From NCBI GenBank assembly GCA_013388675.1, contig JACAEW010000175.1:1-62922 (forward strand): a stretch of DNA of 62,922 nt, in the 5' to 3' direction. Shown here one piece after another: positions 53,114 through 62,922 of the stretch; within the stretch, counting starts at the first letter, position 1; every line of letters starts with the position of its first letter. The notes under the pieces are model-generated. The model worked only from the letters and a program-made list of their open reading frames with translations. It was not told where the DNA came from and searched no databases. A program made the position numbers and the translations under genes. Source of the DNA: Syntrophaceae bacterium (lineage in GTDB: Bacteria > Desulfobacterota > SM23-61).

Positions 53114-54088
53114 TCAGGAAACTCCCAGCTCGGCCATTCCTTCGAGGAGAATTCCTTCCAGCAAACCCGAGTCGATCACCTCCAGGGCGGATCGTTCGAA
53201 AACCTCCAGGAGACCCAGGAAGATGGCCGATCCGGCCAGGATCAGGTCCTCCCTGCCCTTTTCCAGGCCCGGCACTTGGCGTCTCCTTTCCAGGGACAAG
53301 GAAGAGAGGCGGCGGGACATTTTTCTGAGCCTGGGAAGGGAAATTCGGTGTCCGGTGACCTTTCGGGGGTTGTAGGCGGAAAGGGACAGGTCGATGGCCG
53401 CCAGCGTGGTCGCCGTGCCCGCGGTCCCCGCCAAGTGGGAATGGAAATCAGGGGCCATCCATCCGTCTTTCTCCCATTTTCTTCGAACCCGCTGAAAAGC
53501 GGCATACGCGAACCGGTTCAGGGCCTCCATCCCGGCAGGGCTTGGCGGGTCCACCAACGGAAATCTTTCGGCCAGCCCCACGGCCCCCAGGTTAAGGCTC
53601 ACCGTCTTCCGGATCGTCTGTCCCTCCAACCAGATCAACTCGGTGGACCATCCCCCCACGTCAGCGATCAGGCGGGGGGTGGTTTGATCCTTGAGGAACC
53701 CCCGAACTCCCCGGACCATAGCCCGAGCTTCCTCCCGACCCGAGAGAATTCGCAGGGAAAGGCCGGTTTTCTCCTTCACGGCTCGGACAAAAGCGTTTCT
53801 ATTTTTGGCTTCGCGCAAAACCCCCGTCCCCACCGCGAAAACTTTTTTCACCCCCTCCCCCTCCAGGATTCGGGCAAAGGCCTGGAGGGCCCTCAGGGTT
53901 CTTTCCATGGAGAATTTGTTCAGCTCCCTCCCGGGGGAAAAATCTCCCCCCAGCCGGGTGATGATTCGCTCCACCCGCAAAGGTCGGAAGGTCGGACCGG
54001 ATAAAGGCAGGGCTAAAAGAAGGCGGACGGTATTGGACCCTACATCGATGGAGGCCAGTCGAGCCAGAGGGGCAAGGGGGGGCATCAT
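53114..54088 (-). CDS. Ppx/GppA phosphatase family
   Basis: [29 protein letters not shown]. Confidence 0.9.
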   Translation of the reverse strand: MMPPLAPLARLASIDVGSNTVRLLLALPLSGPTFRPLRVERIITRLGGDFSPGRELNKFSMERTLRALQAFARILEGEGVKKVFAVGTGVLREAKNRNAFVRAVKEKTGLSLRILSGREEARAMVRGVRGFLKDQTTPRLIADVGGWSTELIWLEGQTIRKTVSLNLGAVGLAERFPLVDPPSPAGMEALNRFAYAAFQRVRRKWEKDGWMAPDFHSHLAGTAGTATTLAAIDLSLSAYNPRKVTGHRISLPRLRKMSRRLSSLSLERRRQVPGLEKGREDLILAGSAIFLGLLEVFERSALEVIDSGLLEGILLEGMAELGVS

Positions 54089-54981
54089 CCCTTGAGATGC
54101 CAGTAATAGAGGAAATTCAGAGGGGGGGCGCTCTCTCTCAGGCTTTCCACGATCCGCTGCACGGTGTCCTGGATCAAAAGGTCGAACAGGGAGAACCTCT
54201 TTTTTTCCGGATAAAGAACTTCGGGCTCTCCCCGGATTCCGGCCATCTGAGCAGCCAGGGAAATGGCATCCTCCAGGTTCCCCAGTTCATCCACGAGACC
54301 CAGGGAGCGGGCCTGGTCTCCGGAGAAAATCCTTCCATCCGCCAGTTCCCGTACTTTTTCCAAAGGAAGCCTGCGGCCTTCGGCCACAGCCTGGATGAAC
54401 TGTTCATGGACGCTGTCGATGACTCCCTGAAGGAGCTTGCGGTCTTCCGGGGTCATGGGGCGGAGCGGGGAGCCCAGGTCCTTGTGCTTGCCGCTTTTCA
54501 CCACCACGGAGCGAAGTCCAAGCTTGCCCAGGAGCTCTTCCACGTTGAGGCTCTCCACGATCACCCCGATGGAGCCAGTGATCGATCCGGGATTGGCCAT
54601 GATGCGGTCCGCGGCGCAGGCGATGTAGTAGCCCCCCGAGGCGGCCACCGACCCCATGGAGGCCAAAACCTTTTTCTCTTTCTGGGCCTTTTTCACCTCG
54701 GCATGAATCTCTTGGGCCGGGCCCACCCCCCCGCCGGGCGAGTCGATGCGCAGTACAATGGCTTTGATTTTCTCGTTTTTCCGAAGCTTGACCAGCTTCT
54801 CCACGACGGGTTGGGGGTCGAGGATGACCCCCCTAACCTCGACGATGGCGATTTTTTCCCCGCCCCAGAAGCTATCTTCGCGGCTGGTAAAGTAGGACAG
54901 AACCCAAATGCTTGCCAGGAAAAGGCCCAGGAGCACCCCCAAGACCGTGAGTCCCAGCAAAATAGGGTGTTTTTTTTTCAT
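54085..54981 (-). CDS. sppA: signal peptide peptidase SppA (36K type)
   Basis: IDSPGG, AASGGYY, TGSIGV. Confidence 0.94.
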   Translation of the reverse strand: MKKKHPILLGLTVLGVLLGLFLASIWVLSYFTSREDSFWGGEKIAIVEVRGVILDPQPVVEKLVKLRKNEKIKAIVLRIDSPGGGVGPAQEIHAEVKKAQKEKKVLASMGSVAASGGYYIACAADRIMANPGSITGSIGVIVESLNVEELLGKLGLRSVVVKSGKHKDLGSPLRPMTPEDRKLLQGVIDSVHEQFIQAVAEGRRLPLEKVRELADGRIFSGDQARSLGLVDELGNLEDAISLAAQMAGIRGEPEVLYPEKKRFSLFDLLIQDTVQRIVESLRESAPPLNFLYYWHLKG

Positions 54982-54988
54982 CTCCCGA

Positions 54989-56779
54989 TCACGATTCCTT
55001 TGAACTGTTGGCCTCGCGGGCCCTCCTCTCCAGCCCTTCTTTCAGCATCCGGCCAAAATCGGAAGTATCGTCCTCATAGGCGGCTTGGGTTTCCTTGCGG
55101 GTTTGCTGGGTCTGGTATCGCTCCACATCTTTTATGCTCAGGCCGATCTTATGTCTCCTCGGGTCCACGTTGATAACCACCGCCTGGATTTCGTTTCCGG
55201 CCTTGACCACGTCCTCCGCCTTCTCCACGCGCTGATGGCTGATCTCGGAGATGTGCACCAGCCCTTCGATCCCCGGCTCCAGCTCGACGAAGGCCCCGAA
55301 CTTGGTCACGTTGGTGACTTTCCCTTTGACCATCTGTCCCACGCGATACCGATGATGGATGTCGTCCCAGGGGTTTTTCTGAATCTGTTTGATTCCCAGG
55401 GAGAAACGCTGGTTCTCCCGGTCAATGCTCAGGACGATGGCTTGAACCTCCTGGCCTTTTTTGAACATCTCCGAGGGATGCTTCAAGCGCTGGACCCAGG
55501 AAACATCGGAAATATGGACCAGGCCGTCGATTCCTTCGTCGATGCCGATAAAGATTCCGAAATCGGTGATGTTTTTAATCCGACCCTGGATCTTGGTCCC
55601 CACCGGGTAGCGCTCGGCGATCGTGTCCCAGGGGTTGGGACTCGTCTGCTTCAACCCCAGGGAGATGCGCTTCTGGTTGGGGTCCACGTCCAGGACCATC
55701 ACCTCCACTTCATCGCCCGCCGAGAGGATCTTCGAGGGGTGGCGGACCCGCTTGGTCCAGGCCATCTCGGAGACATGGACCAGCCCTTCGACCCCATCCA
55801 GGAGCTGTACGAAGGCCCCATAGTCGGTAATCGAGGTGACCTTTCCTTTGACCCGGCTTCCCACGGGGAACTTGGCGGCAATATTCTCCCAAGGGTCCGG
55901 TGTGGTCTGCTTCAGCCCCAGGGAAACCCGTTGGTTTTGCCGCTCGAACTGGAGCACCTTGACCTTGATCTTCTGCCCCGGAGCGAGAATATCCGAGGGT
56001 CGATTGATCCGTCCCCAGGACATGTCGGTAATATGCAAAAGTCCGTCGATCCCCCCCAGATCGATGAAGGCGCCGTAGTCGGTGATGTTTTTCACCACCC
56101 CTTCCACGATCTGGCCCTCTTCCAGGACCTCGAGGGTCTTCTGGCGGATGGATTCCCTTTCTTTCTCCAGGAGGATCCGCCGGGACAGGACCACGTTTCC
56201 CCGACGACGGTTCAGCTTGATGATCTTGAATTTATAGGTATGGCCGATGAGTTTTTCGAGGTTGCGGATGGGACGGATATCCACCTGGGACCCCGGCAAA
56301 AAAGCCAGAACTCCGATATCGACGGTCAGTCCCCCCTTGATGCGCGAAATGATCTTGCCTTCGATCACCTGATCCTCGTTCCAGGCGCGGCTGATTTCCT
56401 CCCAGAATTTGTGTTTGTCGGCTTTTTCCTTGGAGAGGGTCACCATTCCAATTTCCGATTCTTTCCTCTCCACAAACACGTCGACCTCGTCCCCCACTTG
56501 CACCGCCACCGTTCCGTCCTTCTGACGAAATTCGTTGAGCGCGAGCTGGCCTTCGGATTTGAAGCCGATGTCAACGGTCACAAATTCCGGCCCGACATGG
56601 ATCACCCGGCCATGAACCACTTCCCCCTCGGCAATTTCATGCAGGCTCTCCTCGTAAAGCTCCTGAAAGCTTTCCCCTTCGTCGGGTTTCCCTTTGATTT
56701 CGGTGGATTCTTCCACCGCTTCCGTTGGAGGCCGATCCTCCGGTTGGGTTGCTGAATACTCTGCCTCTTTCTCAACCAT
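54989..56779 (-). CDS. rpsA: 30S ribosomal protein S1
   Basis: Six S1 repeats (FLPGSQVD, DYGAF, GLVH); follows cmk. Confidence 0.97.
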   Translation of the reverse strand: MVEKEAEYSATQPEDRPPTEAVEESTEIKGKPDEGESFQELYEESLHEIAEGEVVHGRVIHVGPEFVTVDIGFKSEGQLALNEFRQKDGTVAVQVGDEVDVFVERKESEIGMVTLSKEKADKHKFWEEISRAWNEDQVIEGKIISRIKGGLTVDIGVLAFLPGSQVDIRPIRNLEKLIGHTYKFKIIKLNRRRGNVVLSRRILLEKERESIRQKTLEVLEEGQIVEGVVKNITDYGAFIDLGGIDGLLHITDMSWGRINRPSDILAPGQKIKVKVLQFERQNQRVSLGLKQTTPDPWENIAAKFPVGSRVKGKVTSITDYGAFVQLLDGVEGLVHVSEMAWTKRVRHPSKILSAGDEVEVMVLDVDPNQKRISLGLKQTSPNPWDTIAERYPVGTKIQGRIKNITDFGIFIGIDEGIDGLVHISDVSWVQRLKHPSEMFKKGQEVQAIVLSIDRENQRFSLGIKQIQKNPWDDIHHRYRVGQMVKGKVTNVTKFGAFVELEPGIEGLVHISEISHQRVEKAEDVVKAGNEIQAVVINVDPRRHKIGLSIKDVERYQTQQTRKETQAAYEDDTSDFGRMLKEGLERRAREANSSKES

Positions 56780-56907
56780 TCCTATACCCCCCAGACTTTG
56801 TTCCGGTCTTCCGGACACGAATTATAGCATATTGAAAAAAAACCACAACCATAATTCCAGGGCCCTGAGATACGGGACTCCCGCTGGCTCCCCGCTGAGG
56901 CGGGCCT

Positions 56908-57579
56908 CTACCTCGAAAGAGAGGTCTTCCCCAAAATCTTCAGCATTTTTTCCACCACCTCCTCCGGGCTAAGCCCGGTCGAATCGATCCGGTAGGCATC
57001 CTCCGCCGGTTTCAACGGGGCCAGGTCGCGGGAAGAGTCCTGATCATCCCTCTTTCTCACCTCCCCTTCCACCTCCTCCAGGAACGCCTCTTTTCCCCTG
57101 GCCTTCAGTTCGCGAAAACGTCTCAGAGCACGCTCCCTCGGATCGGCGACCAAAAAGAACTTGGCCTCGGCCCGGGGAAAGACGACCGTCCCCGTGTCCC
57201 GCCCCTCGGCCACCAACCCTCCTTGAGAAGCCATGCCCCGCTGAAGAGCCACCATAGCTTCCCGCACCGGCCGTTTCAGGGAAACGGCGGAGGCCATCCA
57301 ACCGACCTCCGGTTCCCGGATCCTTTCGGTGACGTCCTCGCCTTGGAGAAAGACCCGTTGCCCCCGGGGGTCTTCCGCAAAGGAGATGGAGATTTTTTTG
57401 CAGAGCCGATCCAGGGCCAATTCATCGGTCGGGTCGATCTTCTCCCTCAGAGCCTGAAGGGCCACGGCCCGGTACATGGCTCCCGTGTCCAGGTAAAGCA
57501 AATTCAGCCGGCGGGCCAGCCGCTGGGCGACCGTGCTTTTCCCCGCCCCCGCCGGGCCGTCGATGGTGATAATGAGCAA
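56908..57579 (-). CDS. cmk: cytidylate kinase
   Basis: IDGPAGAGKST, DTGAMYR, EGRD. Confidence 0.96.
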   Translation of the reverse strand: MLIITIDGPAGAGKSTVAQRLARRLNLLYLDTGAMYRAVALQALREKIDPTDELALDRLCKKISISFAEDPRGQRVFLQGEDVTERIREPEVGWMASAVSLKRPVREAMVALQRGMASQGGLVAEGRDTGTVVFPRAEAKFFLVADPRERALRRFRELKARGKEAFLEEVEGEVRKRDDQDSSRDLAPLKPAEDAYRIDSTGLSPEEVVEKMLKILGKTSLSR

Positions 57580-57783
57580 TTTTTCTCTCCTGCGAAGTTC
57601 CCTCCCGCTGCCGCTTGACCCGCCGGGCCGCTTCGGGATTTTATTCCTATCTACCTCATTCCGCCTAAAAAATCAATGGGTTTACCCTTTGCAAAATCAC
57701 CTTGGGACGGTATAATACGAAAAAACCGGAGGAAGCATCATCCTTTTCTTTCATTCCCGGCGCTCAGCCGGGCCTTTTTCCGA

Positions 57784-58779
57784 ATGAACGGTCTCGTCGA
57801 TCCCCATAATCGTAGGTTAAATTACCTGCGCATATCCATCACCGATCGGTGCAACCTTCGATGCCGCTACTGCATGCCCAAGGAGGGAGTGTCCCAATTC
57901 GGGCATTCGGAAATTCTTTCTTATGAAGAGATTACCCGCCTGGCCGGATTGGCCGTAAAACGGGGCATCGATAAAATCCGGATCACCGGGGGGGAACCGC
58001 TGGTCCGCAAAGGCGTGAGCGGCTTGATTCAAAAACTCTCCCTGCTTCCGGGGGTTCGGGACCTTTCCATGACCACCAATGGAGTTCTTCTCCGGGAATT
58101 CGCCCGGGACCTTCGCCGGGCGGGGTTGAAGCGCCTGAATATCAGCATGGATTCCCTCGACCCCCGCAAATACCGGGAGATCACCCGGGGGGGCGAGCTG
58201 AATCGGGTATGGGAAGGGATCGAGGCGGCCCGCCGGGAGGGAATTCACCCCATCAAGATCAACGTCGTGGTCATCGCTGGGTTTAACGAGACGGAGATCG
58301 AAGACTTTGCCCGCCTCACTCTGAAGGAGCCCCTTCAGGTCCGTTTCATCGAATTCATGCCCATCGGGGAGGGAAGCGAATGGAAACCCGAACACTGTAT
58401 CTCCTGGCGGGATATGAAGGAGCGGATCGAAAGGATCTCTCCCCTCCTTCCCCTGGCCGAGGGCGAAAACGGGCACGGCGGGCCCGCCCGCCTTTTTAAA
58501 TGGGTTCCCTCGGCGGGAGAGATCGGCTTTATCAGCCCGGTAAGCGATCATTTCTGCGGGTCCTGCAACCGCCTCCGTCTTACCGCCGATGGGAAACTCA
58601 GGACCTGCCTTTTTTCCGATGCGGTGACCGATCTGAAACCGCTTCTCCGGTCGGGCGCTGCCGACGATGATTTGGAGAAAAAGCTGGACGAGGCCCTCTT
58701 GACCAAGCCCCTCCACCACGGCCCCATGGGGGGGGTCATGAAGAGATGCCATCTTCCCATGGTCAAGATCGGAGGGTGA
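57784..58779 (+). CDS. moaA: GTP 3',8-cyclase (Moco biosynthesis radical SAM)
   Basis: CNLRCRYC, TGGEP, FCGSCNRLR, C-terminal IGG. Confidence 0.96.
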   Translation: MNGLVDPHNRRLNYLRISITDRCNLRCRYCMPKEGVSQFGHSEILSYEEITRLAGLAVKRGIDKIRITGGEPLVRKGVSGLIQKLSLLPGVRDLSMTTNGVLLREFARDLRRAGLKRLNISMDSLDPRKYREITRGGELNRVWEGIEAARREGIHPIKINVVVIAGFNETEIEDFARLTLKEPLQVRFIEFMPIGEGSEWKPEHCISWRDMKERIERISPLLPLAEGENGHGGPARLFKWVPSAGEIGFISPVSDHFCGSCNRLRLTADGKLRTCLFSDAVTDLKPLLRSGAADDDLEKKLDEALLTKPLHHGPMGGVMKRCHLPMVKIGG

Positions 58780-58791
58780 TCTCCGGCGATT

Positions 58792-60339
58792 ATGAGGCTT
58801 TCCAACCTTTTCCTGGCCGCCCTGTCCGGTTTCCTCCTGATCCTGGCCTTTCCCCAGTTCGACTTCGAGATCGTTGCCTGGGGGGCTCTCATCCCCCTTT
58901 TCTGGTCCATGCGCCGAGCCACTCCCGTCCAGGCCGCTCTTCTGGGTTTTGTGGCCGGGTTTTCTTTTTTCACCGGCCTCCTCCCCTGGATCTACAACGT
59001 TCTGACCCAATATGGCCACCTGCCCGGGGGGGTGAGCGTTTTTTTCCTCCTCCTTTTAACCGCCTACCTGGCGCTCTATTTTTCGGCCTTTGCCTTCGCC
59101 CTGCGATGGGTTAAAGGGCGGGTGGAAATTCCCGAAACCCTTATCGCGCCTCCGCTCTGGGTCTCCCTCGAGTACATCCGGGGTTTCTTGTTTTCCGGCT
59201 TTCCCTGGGAGCTCCTGGGATACTCCCAATATCTCACCCTTCCCATGGTGCAGATCGCCGACATTACGGGAGTGTATGGGGTATCCTTTCTGATCGTTCT
59301 GGTCAATGCGGCCGGCTACCGCCTGCTCGAGGCCTGCGTCGAACGGGAATGGAAACCCGTCCGCCGGGAGTTGATAGCCGCGGCTCTTTTCCTGATGGTT
59401 TCGGGCACCTACGGCTACTGGCGGCTGGCCGGGATGAGCCCGGAAAACAAGGGAGGAACGGCGGTGCGGATTTCCCTCATCCAGGGGAACATTCCTCAGG
59501 ATGTGAAGTGGGAGCCCAAGTTCCAGGAAGAAACCATGCGGATTTACACCGACCTTACCCTGCGCGCCCAGGTCACTCAGCCTCACCTGATCATCTGGCC
59601 CGAAACCGCAACTCCTTTCTTCTTCCAGGACAGCTTTCCCCATCAATCCCGGATCCTGGATTTGACCCAAAGAATGAAAGCTCACCTGCTTTTCGGCTCC
59701 CCGGCCTACGACCGGAAGGGAAGGGAAACCCTCTATTACAACAGCGCCTTCCTCATCTCCCCGGAAGGGAAAGTGGCTGGCCGGTACGACAAGATTCACC
59801 TCGTTCCCTTCGGAGAATACGCCCCGCTGGCCGGGCTTCTGGGTTTCACCCGGGATATCATCGGGGCCATGGGGGATTTTGCCGCCGGGGAAGAGATAAA
59901 GAATCTTTCCATCCCTCAAGGGAAGTTTGGAATGCTCATCTGCTACGAAGTCATTTTCCCCGACCTGACCCGCCGGTTCGTGGACCGGGGAGCCCGGTTT
60001 CTGGTCAACATCACCAACGACGCCTGGTTCGGACATACGGCCGCCCCCTACCAGCACATCTCCATGGCTGCCCTGCGGGCGGTGGAAAACCGGGTTCCCC
60101 TGGCCCGTGCGGCAAACACCGGGATTTCCGGGTTCATTCACCCCAGCGGTCGAATCCTCCAGGCTTCGGGAATCTTTACAAAAGCAACCCTTTTCGATAA
60201 CATATACTTACAGGACCGATGGAGTTTTTATACCCAATTCGGCGACCTTTTCACCTATCTCTGTCTTGGGTACACCCTCCTGTTCTTGATTTACATCCGT
60301 TTTGGAAGGGAAGACCGTGTGGAACGAAATCGAAAATAA
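58792..60339 (+). CDS. lnt: apolipoprotein N-acyltransferase
   Basis: GFPW, QGNI, WPE, KIHLVPFGEY, ICYE, NDAWF, ANTG. Confidence 0.96.
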   Translation: MRLSNLFLAALSGFLLILAFPQFDFEIVAWGALIPLFWSMRRATPVQAALLGFVAGFSFFTGLLPWIYNVLTQYGHLPGGVSVFFLLLLTAYLALYFSAFAFALRWVKGRVEIPETLIAPPLWVSLEYIRGFLFSGFPWELLGYSQYLTLPMVQIADITGVYGVSFLIVLVNAAGYRLLEACVEREWKPVRRELIAAALFLMVSGTYGYWRLAGMSPENKGGTAVRISLIQGNIPQDVKWEPKFQEETMRIYTDLTLRAQVTQPHLIIWPETATPFFFQDSFPHQSRILDLTQRMKAHLLFGSPAYDRKGRETLYYNSAFLISPEGKVAGRYDKIHLVPFGEYAPLAGLLGFTRDIIGAMGDFAAGEEIKNLSIPQGKFGMLICYEVIFPDLTRRFVDRGARFLVNITNDAWFGHTAAPYQHISMAALRAVENRVPLARAANTGISGFIHPSGRILQASGIFTKATLFDNIYLQDRWSFYTQFGDLFTYLCLGYTLLFLIYIRFGREDRVERNRK

Positions 60340-61415
60340 GATTCCTCTTCTGGAAGAGAAGGTTCAGGCCCTCCGAGGTCATCTTTGACTTAGACGCCAA
60401 GATCGCCCGCCTTGCCCAGATCGAGCAGGAAACCCTCAAGCCTGATTTTTGGAACGACAACGAAGGAGCGCAGAAGATCCTCAAGGAGAGGACTGCGCTG
60501 CGGGGGGGAGTCGAACTCTGGGAAAAGCTGAAGGCCGAGCTGGAGGAGGCGAAAGGGTACTTCGAGCTGGCGAAGGAAGAAAACGACGAGGAAACCCTGA
60601 AGGAAGTCGCGGCGAGAATCGACCGGGTGGAAAAGGACCTCCAGGCGGCGGAGTTCAAGCGGATGCTGGGAGGGGAAAACGACCGGAACAACGCCATCGT
60701 TTCCATCCATTCCGGAGCCGGAGGAACGGAGGCCCAGGACTGGGCCAGCATGCTCCTCCGGATGTACTTGCGCTGGGCCGAACGGAGAGGCTTTCGGGCT
60801 GAAGTGATCGACACCCTGGCAGGGGAAGAGGCCGGGATCAAGAGCGCCACCTTCGAGGTCACCGGAGAGTACGCTTACGGCTACCTCAAGGCGGAGGTGG
60901 GAATTCACCGGTTGGTCCGCATCTCCCCCTTCGACGCGGGCAAACGCCGCCATACCTCTTTTGCTTCCGTGTTTGTGTACCCGGAGATCGAAGAGGACAT
61001 TGTCGTCGAGGTCAAGGAAGAAGACCTCCGGGTGGACACCTTCCGGTCCAGCGGTGCCGGCGGGCAGCACGTCAACAAGACCGAATCGGCGGTGCGCATT
61101 ACCCACCTTCCCACGGGCATCGTCGTCCAATGCCAGAACGAAAGATCCCAGCACAAAAACCGGGCCATGGCCTTGAAAGTCCTGAAATCGCGCCTTTATG
61201 AACTGAAGCTCCGGGAGCAGGAAGAGAAGGCCGAAGCCCTCCACAGCGCCAAAAAAGACATCGCCTGGGGAAGCCAGATCCGGTCCTATGTCCTTCAACC
61301 TTACCGGCTGGTCAAAGACCACCGAACGAACTTTGAGATGGGCAACGTGGACGCCGTGCTCGACGGGGAGTTGGACGAATTTATCCAGGCCTACCTGCTG
61401 CAGAAAGCCGGTTAG
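60317..61415 (+). CDS. prfB: peptide chain release factor 2, programmed +1 frameshift at CTT TGA C (60383-60389)
   Basis: GTG start gives MWNEIENKIPLLEEKVQALRGHL then TGA; +1 frame continues DLDAK; internal SD GAGGT 3 nt before CTT; SPF and GGQ motifs. Confidence 0.96.
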
Positions 61416-61612
61416 AGCGCCTCAAGTGCGCTCAAGTGCCTTAAGGGCCTTGAGTTGAATTACCTTTTGAGCTGTCGGTCGGATTTTTCCCTCGGAGGGT
61501 TAATCGAATCCGAATGCCGCTTGGGAATCCGATTTTAAAATGGAAGCTTTCGGCGCGAAGCTTTTTTTATTTAAGGCACTTGAGCGCCCTTGAAGCATTT
61601 GAGGCACTTTGA
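61416..61612. repeat. 9-10-mer tandem inverted repeat element with 17-bp perfect core
   Basis: GCGCTCAAGTGCCTTAA (61428-61444) / TTAAGGCACTTGAGCGC (61571-61587) plus degenerate flanking units. Confidence 0.75.
61544..61568 (+). terminator. putative intrinsic terminator downstream of prfB
   Basis: AAGCTT-TCGGCGCG-AAGCTT followed by T-tract. Confidence 0.45.
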
Positions 61613-62365
61613 GTGGAACTTACAGTTCTCGGCTCAGGTACTTGTATTCCCACAATCGACCGCGGTCCTTCGGGCCTGGCCCTTTCCTTTGGGTCCCACC
61701 TGATCCTCTTCGATGGCGGCGGGGGCAGCCTTCGACCGATGCCCAGGCTGGGCTTGGATTTCCGGAAGATCGGCTTCCATTGCATTACGCACTTCCATCC
61801 CGACCATGCCATCGACCTGATCCCCCTTCTCTTCGCCCTGAACTACACCGTGGATTTCCGGCGCTCGGAGCCGCTCCGCCTCGTGGGGCCTGTCGGCCTG
61901 AGGGATTTTTATGAGAAGATGAGGGAAATCTTCGGCCACTGGATCGAAGCCCACACCTATCCCCTCACCTTCCATGAGGCGGGCGAATCGAGAATCGACT
62001 TCCAGGATTTCTCCGTCGAAACGCTTCCCATGGCCCACGCCGACCGCAGCATCGGATTCCGCGTGGAGGCGAACGGCCGCTCCCTGGTCTATTCCGGGGA
62101 TACCGACTACTGCCCGAATATCGTAAGGCTCGGGAAGGAATCGGACCTTTTGATCCTGGAGTGCTCCTTCCCGGAAGAAAGAAAAAAGGAGGGGCACCTC
62201 ACTCCCCGCCTGGCCGGCCGGATCGCCCGCGAAGCCAGGGCGAAAAGGCTTCTTCTTACCCATTTTTACCCCGTCTTTCAGAGTCACGATGTGCGGCGGG
62301 AGTGCGGCGCAGAATATTCGGGTGATATTCTTCTGGCGACCGATGGAATGAAGGTCTCCATCTGA
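61613..62365 (+). CDS. MBL-fold hydrolase, RNase Z/BN-like
   Basis: LTVLGSGT, THFHPDH, YSGDT, ECS, GHL, THFY. Confidence 0.88.
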   Translation: MELTVLGSGTCIPTIDRGPSGLALSFGSHLILFDGGGGSLRPMPRLGLDFRKIGFHCITHFHPDHAIDLIPLLFALNYTVDFRRSEPLRLVGPVGLRDFYEKMREIFGHWIEAHTYPLTFHEAGESRIDFQDFSVETLPMAHADRSIGFRVEANGRSLVYSGDTDYCPNIVRLGKESDLLILECSFPEERKKEGHLTPRLAGRIAREARAKRLLLTHFYPVFQSHDVRRECGAEYSGDILLATDGMKVSI

Positions 62366-62556
62366 TCGTGCTGGAAAACCATTTGGCAAAAGGGCATTGA
62401 CAGCCATTTATCGCCCGCCTCTATTTGAACTTTTTTTTTCATTTCTCCACTCAGGGAACCATCCAAGGAGAGGCAGAATTGTTTGGGATGAGCGAATGTT
62501 TCAGCCCAACGGGAAAATAGGGAAAAACCAGGGAAAAGTTCCGGGAGGGATTGCCT

Positions 62557-62922
62557 ATGATCCGTCAGTTCCATCATACCGCTATCAGCGTGAGCGATTT
62601 AGACCGTACCATTCATTTCTACAGGGATCTTTTGGGCATGAAGCTGGAATGGCGGATCGACCATCGTCGAAGTCCCGCTCTGGAGAAAGTGGTGGGCCTG
62701 AAAAACGTGGATGTTTCTTACGCCATGCTCAGCGGCTGGGGAGGAAATATCGAAGCGTTTGAATACCATTCCCCGGCGGGGCGTCCCTATCCGGAAAAAC
62801 GTCCTGTCTGCGACCACGGGATCACCCACATGGCTTTCCAGGTGGAAAACATCGACGAACTGTACCAAAGGCTGAAAAGCCAGGGCGTCCGCTTCAATTC
62901 CCCTCCCCAGATCGTGCGGGAC
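62557..62922 (+). CDS. VOC / glyoxalase family protein, 3'-truncated
   Basis: GGGAGG RBS; MIRQFHHTAISVSDLDRTIHFYRDLLG...IEAFEY...GITHMAFQVENID; open to window end and absent from the ORF track. Confidence 0.88.
   Translation, partial: MIRQFHHTAISVSDLDRTIHFYRDLLGMKLEWRIDHRRSPALEKVVGLKNVDVSYAMLSGWGGNIEAFEYHSPAGRPYPEKRPVCDHGITHMAFQVENIDELYQRLKSQGVRFNSPPQIVRD

Noticed and set aside
60219-60385. N-terminal extension of the prfB ORF in the ORF track
   Set aside because: Artefact of the programmed frameshift; true start is GTG 60317 in another frame
61416-61612. Possible CRISPR array
   Set aside because: Units are 9-10 bp, adjacent and inverted, with no unique spacers and no cas genes

Overview
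GC-rich bacterial chromosomal window. Gene content and order (cmk-rpsA-sppA, guaB-guaA-dnaE-accA, HIT-LapA, mutS, lnt-prfB, sigma54 systems, DUF39) suggest an anaerobic Deltaproteobacterium/Desulfobacterota; this is an inference. The left ~25 kb is a sulfur/methionine region with two near-identical SAM-I riboswitches. One controls a DUF39 homocysteine-synthesis gene and the other metY-metX-metW. The region also has an IscR-like Rrf2 gene and an XRE-HTH/'two-CW' Cys-rich regulator divergent from tusA-moeB across a perfect palindrome. Inside this region lies a ~15 kb sigma54/two-component-controlled metal module: a Zn-ribbon-SurA-CC protein, DUF2318, a MacB-like ABC with CxxC, two different TolC proteins, CusB, CusA, a His/Met-rich periplasmic protein and CopZ. 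The middle holds orphan pilin-like genes and metabolic enzymes. The right half is housekeeping, including prfB with its programmed +1 frameshift and several intergenic short-tandem inverted repeats. No rRNA, convincing tRNA, CRISPR array, transposase or prophage was seen. The best candidates for an undescribed system are the Cys-rich ABC/DUF2318/SurA front half of the metal operon and the HTH-two-CW/tusA-moeB switch. All calls come from reading the sequence by eye; no database searches were run.
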